Below, in pieces: positions 57,278-64,000 of a DNA stretch of 64,000 nt. The position numbers were made by a program, and so were the translations under genes. Within the stretch, counting starts at the first letter, position 1, and every line of letters begins with the position of its first letter. The DNA comes from Candidatus Margulisiibacteriota bacterium (GTDB lineage Bacteria > Margulisbacteria > WOR-1 > O2-12-FULL-45-9 > XYB2-FULL-48-7), in NCBI GenBank assembly GCA_041650855.1, contig JBAZKJ010000002.1, positions 550,044-614,043 of the forward strand. The letters run 5' to 3'. Under the pieces are notes generated by a model. It saw only the letters and a list, made by a program, of their open reading frames with translations. It did not search any database and had not been told where the DNA came from.

Positions 57278-57562
57278 TCAGCTGCGCGGCGGCCGCCGCT
57301 CCGGCACCGGTACCAGCGGTTTTGCTCCGTTGGCAACCTCGGCCGACACGTACAGGCCGCAAAAACACGAGCCGTATTCCGCCACGTCCGGAGCGCGGTA
57401 AACGCACGGGCAGACGATATCGCGATCATCTGCGATCTTGCCGGACGCCCGCCGGCAGGGACATGACCGGTAGCCGTAACGCTCCTGATTTTTCTGCAGG
57501 CCGCCGATCAGGCTGGCGACCAATTCCTTATCGGGGTTAAAATGATAGACGCTCTCCGCCAT
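57278..57562 (-). CDS. Ferredoxin-thioredoxin reductase catalytic subunit-like protein (FtrB-like, CPC…CPC…CFC)
   Basis: CPCRRASGKIADDRDIVCPCVYRAPDVAEYGSCFCGLY matches the FTR beta CPC-x-CPC-x-C(H)C pattern. The canonical His is replaced by Phe. Confidence 0.6.
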   Translation of the reverse strand: MAESVYHFNPDKELVASLIGGLQKNQERYGYRSCPCRRASGKIADDRDIVCPCVYRAPDVAEYGSCFCGLYVSAEVANGAKPLVPVPERRPPRS

Positions 57563-57846
57563 TAAATCCCAAGCTCCTTTTTCAGCCGGTCGGTATCGGT
57601 CGCCAGGAAGCCGGTTTTGCCGTTAATGACAACGGTCGGATAAGTCTCCGCCGGGTTCCATTTCATCACTTCGGCCGCCAGCTGGTCCTGCTCTTTATCC
57701 GGCAGGAGGTCGACATCGATGTAACTGTAAGCGACGCCCGCCTCGTCCAGGAACTTCTTGGCCCGGCGGCACCAGCCGCAAGTGCTCAAGGAGTACAGCT
57801 TCAGTTCGCCGGCATCTTTCCCCTTGACTTGATTCCACTCGCTCAT
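57562..57846 (-). CDS. Glutaredoxin-like protein (NrdH/YruB-type, CGWC)
   Basis: 94 aa. STCGWCRRAKKFL active site. Translationally abutting the FtrB-like gene. Confidence 0.7.
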   Translation of the reverse strand: MSEWNQVKGKDAGELKLYSLSTCGWCRRAKKFLDEAGVAYSYIDVDLLPDKEQDQLAAEVMKWNPAETYPTVVINGKTGFLATDTDRLKKELGI

Positions 57847-57883
57847 GCTTTTTTCCCTTGGCCGGTCAACTCGATCAAAGCGG

Positions 57884-58381
57884 TCAGGCCTTTGAGCAGA
57901 CCGGCGACCTTTTTATCGTACGACCGGTCCTTGATCTGCCGTCGCCGGCAAACAGCTCCTGCACCAGGGGGAAGTAGACCGTTTCCAGCACGACCAGCAT
58001 TTTGAGCGACAACAAAGTTAACTTCAAGGCCTGGAGTCCTCTGGCGCCGCCCAAGGGGCCGCCCGATACGCCGCAGAGCGCGACCGGCTTGTTAAAATAC
58101 TTTTCGTAATGCAGATCGAGGAACATTTTCAGTTCGCCGGGATAAGCGTGGTTATATTCGGGCACGACCAGGATCAACCCGGCCGCCCGGTCAAGCTTCG
58201 CCGCCCAGTTAATCGCCTCCGGGATCAGGCCGAGCTTATTAGTGGCCGGGATCCGGTAAGCGCGGACGTCAACCAGTTCGCTCTCGATCCCCGCCTGTTT
58301 GACCTGCGCCAGGACGTAATTGGCGGCTTTTTCCGATTGCCGCCCTTCCCGCGCCGTACCGAGAATGACCGGAATATACAT
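57884..58381 (-). CDS. NAD(P)H-dependent FMN reductase family flavoprotein (flavodoxin-like fold)
   Basis: IPVILGTAREGRQSEKAANYV N-terminus. VVPEYNHAYPGELK. 165 aa, slightly short, so the C-terminus is uncertain. Confidence 0.55.
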   Translation of the reverse strand: MYIPVILGTAREGRQSEKAANYVLAQVKQAGIESELVDVRAYRIPATNKLGLIPEAINWAAKLDRAAGLILVVPEYNHAYPGELKMFLDLHYEKYFNKPVALCGVSGGPLGGARGLQALKLTLLSLKMLVVLETVYFPLVQELFAGDGRSRTGRTIKRSPVCSKA

Positions 58382-60289
58382 TTACTTCACCTCCGCTGAA
58401 ACGTTTTCGGCCAGGTGTTTCGCGAAGAACCGCTCCATTGCCCCGTAGAACTCCAGGCGGTTCTCTTCGTTGCGGAAACCGTGCCCTTCGTTCTCCTTGA
58501 CGAGGTACTCCACTTCGATCCCCCTGGCCTTAAGCGCGGCGACCATCTGGTCGGATTCGTCCTTATTGACCCGCGGGTCTTTCGCCCCCTGCGCGATCAA
58601 CAGCGGGGTTTTGATCCGGTCGGCGTGGAAGACCGGCGACGCGGCCCGCATCAGCGCCTGGTCCCGCTCCGGGTCGCCGACCATCTCGTACATCTTCTTC
58701 AACTCCAGCCGCCAGTACGGCGGGATCGTCTTCATAAAGGTGAACAGATTGGAGACGCCGACATAATCGACAGCGCAGCAGTAGAGGTCGGGAGTGAAAG
58801 TGATCCCGGCCAGCGTGGCGTAGCCGCCATAGCTGCCGCCGAAGATCGCGACCTTCTGGGGGTCGGCTATCCCCTGGCTGACGAGCCAGTTGACGCCGTC
58901 GGTGATATCGTCCTGCATTTTACGTCCCCACTGTTTGAAAGAGGCCTCATAGAACTTGCGGCCGTAGCCGGTGGAGCCGCGATAGTTCATTTTCAGGACG
59001 GCATAACCCCGGTTCGCCAGGAATTGCAGTTCCGGATTAAAGCCCCAGAGGTCCCTGACCCACGGCCCGCCGTGCGGGTTAACGACGACCGGCAGGTCCT
59101 TTGCCGCTTTCTCCCGCGGCACTACCAGATAACCGTGGATCGTCAACCCGTCGCGGGAGAGATATTTGATCGGTTTGACCTCCGCCAGCTCGTCCTCTTT
59201 GAGCCAGGGGGAAACGTCGGCCAGCTTGGTCAGTTTTTTAGCCTTCAGCTCATACAAATAATAAACGCCCCGCGACCGGTCGTTGTAAGTCCCGACAATG
59301 AACGTCTCCTCGGCCCGGTCGCTGTCGACCAGGCTGATCTCGCAGCCCGGCAGTTTGGCCTGCAGATCGGTAAAGATCTCCTCTGTCAGGCGGTCGAGGT
59401 ATTTGCGCTCCTTTTTCCAGGTGTAATAAGAGATGGCGATCAAGGTCTTCCGCTTACGGGAATAATGGAGCCCGCCGGCGTCCACTTCCGGATGCTCAAA
59501 GAGGACCTCGACCTCTTTCTTTTCGGCCGGATCGAACCGGACGATCGCCGTCTTATCCCGCCCCAGGTTGGAAGCGACATAAAGCTGGCGGTCATCAAAG
59601 GTGAAAAAGAACGGGCTAAAATTGTCCCGGTATCCCCAGGTCAGGACCGGGGCGAACGGCTCGCTTTCGGTTTGGCGGAACAGGAGGCGGGAATCGAGAC
59701 CGTCGGCGGTGATCGCGCCGCGGATCTTTTCCCGGTGGTCCGTCAGCCAGTCGACGACGTTGCCGGGATTCTCCGCCGCCAGGCGAAGCTCGCCGGTTTG
59801 GACGTTGAGCCGGTAAGCGTCGAAGATCTCCTTGTTCCGCCGGTTCAGGCCGATGATGATCCACTCCGGATCGTCGTAGCAATCGTCGACCAGGTTCGCC
59901 CGGACGCCGGGGAACGGGGTCAGCTCTTTTTCGCCCTGCCCGTCCTTATCGACCGAAAAGAAATGGTAGTTCTCGTCGCCGCCGAAATCGCGTAGATAGA
60001 CCAGGTGGGTGTCGCCCTTCCAGAAATAATCGGCGATATCGCGGTCGGTCACGTTCGTGATCCGCTGCGCCGCGCCGCCGGCGCGCGGCTGGACAAAGAT
60101 GTTCAGCCGGTTCTGGTACGGCGCGGCCCAGGAGAGGTATTGGCCGTCGGGCGAGATCTGGAAGTTCGCCTTGTCCGGGTTGCGGAAAAAATCGCGTAAC
60201 GGGATCATTTTAACGGCCCCTTCCCCCTGCCGGGCAACGGCCAGCAGCAGGGCCAATATGAGCGTTAAGCGAACAATGTGTCTTGGCAT
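58382..60289 (-). CDS. S9 family serine peptidase (prolyl oligopeptidase/acylaminoacyl peptidase-like) with N-terminal beta-propeller
   Basis: Signal peptide. GGSYGG nucleophile elbow. C-terminal alpha/beta-hydrolase with Asp/His. Confidence 0.8.
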   Translation of the reverse strand: MPRHIVRLTLILALLLAVARQGEGAVKMIPLRDFFRNPDKANFQISPDGQYLSWAAPYQNRLNIFVQPRAGGAAQRITNVTDRDIADYFWKGDTHLVYLRDFGGDENYHFFSVDKDGQGEKELTPFPGVRANLVDDCYDDPEWIIIGLNRRNKEIFDAYRLNVQTGELRLAAENPGNVVDWLTDHREKIRGAITADGLDSRLLFRQTESEPFAPVLTWGYRDNFSPFFFTFDDRQLYVASNLGRDKTAIVRFDPAEKKEVEVLFEHPEVDAGGLHYSRKRKTLIAISYYTWKKERKYLDRLTEEIFTDLQAKLPGCEISLVDSDRAEETFIVGTYNDRSRGVYYLYELKAKKLTKLADVSPWLKEDELAEVKPIKYLSRDGLTIHGYLVVPREKAAKDLPVVVNPHGGPWVRDLWGFNPELQFLANRGYAVLKMNYRGSTGYGRKFYEASFKQWGRKMQDDITDGVNWLVSQGIADPQKVAIFGGSYGGYATLAGITFTPDLYCCAVDYVGVSNLFTFMKTIPPYWRLELKKMYEMVGDPERDQALMRAASPVFHADRIKTPLLIAQGAKDPRVNKDESDQMVAALKARGIEVEYLVKENEGHGFRNEENRLEFYGAMERFFAKHLAENVSAEVK

Positions 60290-60376
60290 CTTGTTCCACG
60301 GGCGAAAAAATTATAGCACAGTTGACTTAACAAACCACTTGGATTATAGTCATGACCACTAAGCCGGGAGGTCGTT
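60290..60376. promoter_or_regulatory. Divergent promoter region (peptidase operon <-> AI-2E transporter)
   Basis: Plus strand: TTGACT (60322-60327), 17 nt, TATAGT (60345-60350), GGGAGG SD, ATG 60377. Minus strand: extended -10 TGcTATAAT (plus coords 60311-60319) for the peptidase gene. Confidence 0.4.
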
Positions 60377-61396
60377 ATGAACAACAAACAATGGGCCAGG
60401 ATCGTGACGCTCGCGCTCTTCGTCGTGCTGCTCTATTTTGCCCGGGGGGCCATGCTGCCGATCGTCCTGTCGCTCCTCTTATTCTACGCTCTTTATCCGC
60501 TGGTCAAGGCGACGGAGCGGCTGTTCCCCAAGAAATTCCCCCTGGCCCGCGACATTTCCATCGTGATCGCCTTTGCGGTCTTCGTGGTCGTCGTGGTGCT
60601 CGCCCTGGAATTCATCATTCCGCCGGTCGCCGACGAATTCACCCAGTTATCGCTCAACCTGCCGCAACTGATCCTCCAGCTCCAGGGGGTGGCCCGCTCC
60701 AGCCAGCAATGGTATGCCGGGATCCGCCTGCCGGTCCAGGTCGACGCGGCGATCTCCACCGGCCTGAACAGCGCCTTCAATTACATCAGCAATTTCCTGC
60801 AGCAGCTGGTCCTGGGGGTCGTCGGGATGCTCGGCCAGTTCATCGGCTTCATCGTGATCCCGGTGATCGTTTATTATCTGCTCAAGGAAGACGACAAGCT
60901 GCTGGCCGGGGTAATGAAGCTGGTCCCCGCCCAGCACCAGGAAACGCTCGGCGCGATCCTGGAAAAGACCAATTACATATTAAAGAGCTACGTGGAGGGG
61001 CAGATCATTATTTGTACGCTGATCGGCGTGGTGACCGGCGTCGGCCTTTACCTGATGGGGATCAAGTTCTTCCTGGTCCTGGGGCTGATCGCGGGCGTTA
61101 CGGAACTGATCCCGATCATCGGCCCGATCATCGGCGCGATCCCGGCGCTGATCATCGCCCTGCTCGTCTCCCCGGCGCTGGCGGTGCAGGTGGTGGTCTT
61201 TTACGTCATTTTGCAAACGATCGGCGCCTATGTCCTGGTGCCGAAGCTGATGGGGAATAAACTCGACCTGCATCCGTTGACGATCTTGCTGGCGGTCTTG
61301 ATCCTGGGGAACCTGATCGGCGTCTGGGGGATCTTCTTCGCCGCCCCGATCACGGCTATCCTCAAGGTCATTTATCTTGAGTTGCGGAAGTCTTAA
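60377..61396 (+). CDS. AI-2E family transporter (PerM/YhhT/TqsA-like)
   Basis: 339-aa polytopic protein with characteristic AI-2E sequence (…LLKEDDKLL…GQIIICTLIGVVTGVGL…ELIPIIGPIIGAIPA…). Confidence 0.75.
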   Translation: MNNKQWARIVTLALFVVLLYFARGAMLPIVLSLLLFYALYPLVKATERLFPKKFPLARDISIVIAFAVFVVVVVLALEFIIPPVADEFTQLSLNLPQLILQLQGVARSSQQWYAGIRLPVQVDAAISTGLNSAFNYISNFLQQLVLGVVGMLGQFIGFIVIPVIVYYLLKEDDKLLAGVMKLVPAQHQETLGAILEKTNYILKSYVEGQIIICTLIGVVTGVGLYLMGIKFFLVLGLIAGVTELIPIIGPIIGAIPALIIALLVSPALAVQVVVFYVILQTIGAYVLVPKLMGNKLDLHPLTILLAVLILGNLIGVWGIFFAAPITAILKVIYLELRKS

Positions 61397-61635
61397 CTGT
61401 TAGCGGCTGAGATCCATTCCTTGAGCTGCTCCACTCGCGGGAGCGGTTTTCCTTTGTGGACGACTTTTTCGTTGATCACGACCCCCGGGGTCATCATGAT
61501 GTACTTGCCGATCTCGGCGTAATCGGTCACTTTCGTCACGGTCGCCTCAACTTTCAACTCCTCTAACGCTTTCCTGACCCTCTTCTCCAGCTCCTGGCAG
61601 TTGGGGCACCCGGGACCCAAAACTTTTATTTCCAT
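61393..61635 (-). CDS. Thioredoxin-fold redox-active disulfide protein 2-like (CPNC)
   Basis: 80 aa. MEIKVLGPGCPNCQELEKRV. Confidence 0.65.
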   Translation of the reverse strand: MEIKVLGPGCPNCQELEKRVRKALEELKVEATVTKVTDYAEIGKYIMMTPGVVINEKVVHKGKPLPRVEQLKEWISAANS

Positions 61636-61645
61636 GCTTCCCCTC

Positions 61646-62596
61646 CTAAAAGACCAGGTTAAAGAAGTAGCCGGTCAGGATAATGCCGAGCGCGACGGTG
61701 CCGAAAAACGTCAGCAGCAGCTGCGGCTTCAAGACCTTCCGCAAAATGATGAACTCCGGCAGGGAAAGCCCGGTCACCGCCATCATAAAAGCGAGCGTCG
61801 TCCCCAAAGCCAACCCCTTGCTGAACAGCGCCTGGACGACCGGGATCGTGCCGGCGGCGTTGGAATAAAGCGGCACGCCGATCACGACCGCGATAATTAC
61901 CGCGAACGGATTGCCGTTCCCCGCGTATTTGGTAATGAACTCGACCGGTACATACCCGTGGATCAGCGCCCCCAGACCGACGCCGATCAATACGTATAAC
62001 CAGACCTGCTTAAATATCTCCTGCGTATAGCCGACCGCGTAGAGCAACCGGTCGTGCCAGCTGAACTTGGTTTCCCCGTCCGCGTTCGCTTGTTTGACCT
62101 GAAAGACGAATTGCTCGACATATTGCTCCATTTTCAGCCGGCCGATGATCAAGCCCGCCGCGATCGCGATCAGCATGCCGCTCAAAATGTAAGTAACGGC
62201 AACGCGCCAGCCGAACAATCCCCAGAGGAGGATCAACGCGACCTCGTTGATCATCGGCGAGGCGACCAGGAACGACATGGTGACGCCAAGCGGCACCCCC
62301 GACTCCAGCATCCCAATGAAAAGCGGGATAGCGGAACAAGTACAAAATGGGGTAAAGATGCCGAGTCCGGAAGCCAGAATATTACCGACAAATTCCCTCT
62401 CGTGGCTCAAGATCTTGCGGATCCGTTCCGGCGGCAGGAATGTCCGAATAATGGCCACGACAAATACGATCGTCAGCAGGAGAAAATAGATCTTGGGGAC
62501 ATCGTAAAGAAAAAAGGCGAGACTTTCCGCCAGGTGCGTCCCTCTGGTTAATCTTAAAAGGTCATAAGTGACCAGCTCGGCAAACCATTTGAACAT
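61646..62596 (-). CDS. ArsP-like / YraQ (UPF0718) family permease
   Basis: Conserved TPFCTCS motif in TM segment (compare ArsP TPFcSCS). 316 aa. Confidence 0.6.
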   Translation of the reverse strand: MFKWFAELVTYDLLRLTRGTHLAESLAFFLYDVPKIYFLLLTIVFVVAIIRTFLPPERIRKILSHEREFVGNILASGLGIFTPFCTCSAIPLFIGMLESGVPLGVTMSFLVASPMINEVALILLWGLFGWRVAVTYILSGMLIAIAAGLIIGRLKMEQYVEQFVFQVKQANADGETKFSWHDRLLYAVGYTQEIFKQVWLYVLIGVGLGALIHGYVPVEFITKYAGNGNPFAVIIAVVIGVPLYSNAAGTIPVVQALFSKGLALGTTLAFMMAVTGLSLPEFIILRKVLKPQLLLTFFGTVALGIILTGYFFNLVF

Positions 62597-62619
62597 TTAT
62601 CTCTCCTTCTTGAGCTTTA

Positions 62620-62982
62620 TTAGGGATTATTCTTGATGAGATCTTTGATGGCTGACACGGCTTGTTCCGTGGTCAGGTTTCTCACATCAAAACCAACATG
62701 CTTTGCTGCATCAAAACCAACCGCTTCAAAAGTTTCCCGGAACAGCTTCTTCTGCATTAAAGGGTCACAGCCGGCCACATAAAGCTTGTCGATGTCTTTA
62801 TTATCAAGCAATACTCTCAGATATTGATCACCATCATCGGCGCATAGCTGGGGGTGCAGGGCCACAAAATCCACCAGCTTCTCGCGGCGAATAGCGTTTA
62901 ATACCCCGAGCGTATCCATTTTATTAAATGATGGGCAAGTCCCCTGACAGACGCAAAGGATCAAACCCTTCTTATCCGCCAT
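62620..62982 (-). CDS. Small Cys-containing redox protein, distantly MvhD/FlpD-like
   Basis: ILCVCQGTCPSF and YVAGCDP motifs. 120 aa. Lower GC than the surrounding DNA. Confidence 0.3.
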   Translation of the reverse strand: MADKKGLILCVCQGTCPSFNKMDTLGVLNAIRREKLVDFVALHPQLCADDGDQYLRVLLDNKDIDKLYVAGCDPLMQKKLFRETFEAVGFDAAKHVGFDVRNLTTEQAVSAIKDLIKNNP

Positions 62983-62994
62983 GTATTTCCCCCT

Positions 62995-63201
62995 TTACTT
63001 TTTATCCCCGAAAAATGTTATCGCTTTCTGATCACATATTTTACCGCAACCCTTACAGAACTCAACACAATATTCGGGATGCGCTACCAGAGGTTTGTTG
63101 TCTGGGCCCTTTTCCAACACCTGGTGAGGGCAAAATTCATAACACTGCAGGCAACCGATACACTTATTATAATCTATTATCGGGTACCAATTAGTTGCCA
63201 T
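62995..63201 (-). CDS. 2x[4Fe-4S] ferredoxin
   Basis: CIGCLQCYEFCP and CVEFCKGCGKICD cluster motifs. 68 aa. Lower GC. Confidence 0.75.
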   Translation of the reverse strand: MATNWYPIIDYNKCIGCLQCYEFCPHQVLEKGPDNKPLVAHPEYCVEFCKGCGKICDQKAITFFGDKK

Positions 63202-63222
63202 AATAATACTACTATTTTTCGA

Positions 63223-64000
63223 TTAAGCCCCGAAAGCCCTGTTTTTAAGCCACAAAGAAACATTGACCAGTCCGATCATCACCGGGACTTCGACCAGCGG
63301 CCCGATCACCGCCGCGAAAGCCATCCCCGAATTTATCCCAAAGACCGCGACGGCAACAGCGATGGCTAGCTCAAAGTTATTGCTGGCCGCCGTAAAAGAG
63401 AGCGTCACCGTTTTGGCGTAACCGGTCTTGAACACCCTCCCCATCAGGAAGCTCAGGCAGAACATCACCACAAAATAGATCAGTAAGGGGAACGCGATGA
63501 CCAGAACATCAAAGGGGATCTGAACGATAATATTCCCCTTTAAACTGAACATTACGATGATCGTGAACAATAAAGCGATCAGAGTAAGCGGTCCGATCCG
63601 GGGTAAGAAATGAGTGTGATACCATTTCTCCCCCTTAACTCTGACCAGAACGAACCGGGTCAGAAAACCGGCGATAAATGGTATCCCCAGATAAATAAAG
63701 ACGCTTTGGGCAACCTGGCCAATGCTGATCTTGACCGCCATGCCGGTTAGCCCGAAAAGCGGCGGCAGGATCGTAATGAACAACCAGGCGTAAACACTGT
63801 AGAAGAGGACCTGAAAAATGCTGTTGAACGCCACCAGCCCAGCGGCATACTCCGTGTCCCCTTCTGCCAGGCCGTTCCAAACAATGACCATGGCAATGCA
63901 GCGGGCAATGCCGATCAGGATCAGGCCGATCATATAATCCGGATAACCGCGCAGGAAGGTAATTGCCAGCAGGAACATCAAGATCGGACCGATAACCCAA
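63223..64000 (-). CDS. acr3: Arsenite efflux transporter ACR3 family, partial (N-terminus beyond window end)
   Basis: Polytopic. ACR3/BART-fold sequence (…[15 protein letters not shown]…). Runs off the 3' end of the window. Confidence 0.7.
   Translation of the reverse strand, partial: WVIGPILMFLLAITFLRGYPDYMIGLILIGIARCIAMVIVWNGLAEGDTEYAAGLVAFNSIFQVLFYSVYAWLFITILPPLFGLTGMAVKISIGQVAQSVFIYLGIPFIAGFLTRFVLVRVKGEKWYHTHFLPRIGPLTLIALLFTIIVMFSLKGNIIVQIPFDVLVIAFPLLIYFVVMFCLSFLMGRVFKTGYAKTVTLSFTAASNNFELAIAVAVAVFGINSGMAFAAVIGPLVEVPVMIGLVNVSLWLKNRAFGA

Overview
This 64 kb window is high-GC (about 60-65%) bacterial chromosome with a long, mostly minus-strand gene array. Gene content (MlaFED, FadL-like barrels, an LptC/LptA-like protein, SLH domains, SecG) indicates a diderm, probably uncultivated lineage; I cannot assign a phylum from sequence alone. 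From low to high coordinates the window holds six blocks. (1) Two surface modules, each pairing a large secreted protein with a translationally coupled FadL/PorV-like outer-membrane barrel that ends in three SLH domains. One large protein is a 1623-aa beta-helix repeat protein with a FlgD-Ig/T9SS-CTD-like tail; another is a tail-fibre-repeat protein. These modules share an operon with nnr-mlaEFD. (2) Housekeeping genes: argS, ilvE, acpS, a YtxH/DUF948 trio, pheA, dCMP deaminase, a split transketolase, a truncated dcw cluster (murB-murC-murG-ftsW-murD-mraY), then secG, tRNA-Ala(CGC), pgk and gap. (3) An LptC/LptA-like protein, rodA, trpE/pabB, ispA, hisF, MGMT, PHP and yebC. (4) A glycogen / alpha-glucan locus built on glgA, a nucleotidyltransferase-phosphohexomutase fusion, three GH57 paralogs, DUF4912, a CBM48 protein and a GalT-like gene. 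(5) A tandem-domain ThyX, ccdA plus two thioredoxins, rluE, and an FMN-reductase / glutaredoxin-like / FTR-catalytic-subunit-like cluster behind an S9 peptidase. (6) An AI-2E transporter and an arsenic/redox transporter cluster (thioredoxin-like, ArsP-like permease, lower-GC MvhD-like and ferredoxin genes, partial Acr3). I saw no CRISPR array, rRNA or obvious mobile element. Many long plus-strand ORFs in the track are GC-driven antisense artefacts. The most unusual feature is the repeated cargo-plus-(FadL barrel::SLH) module, which I could not match to any system I recognise.
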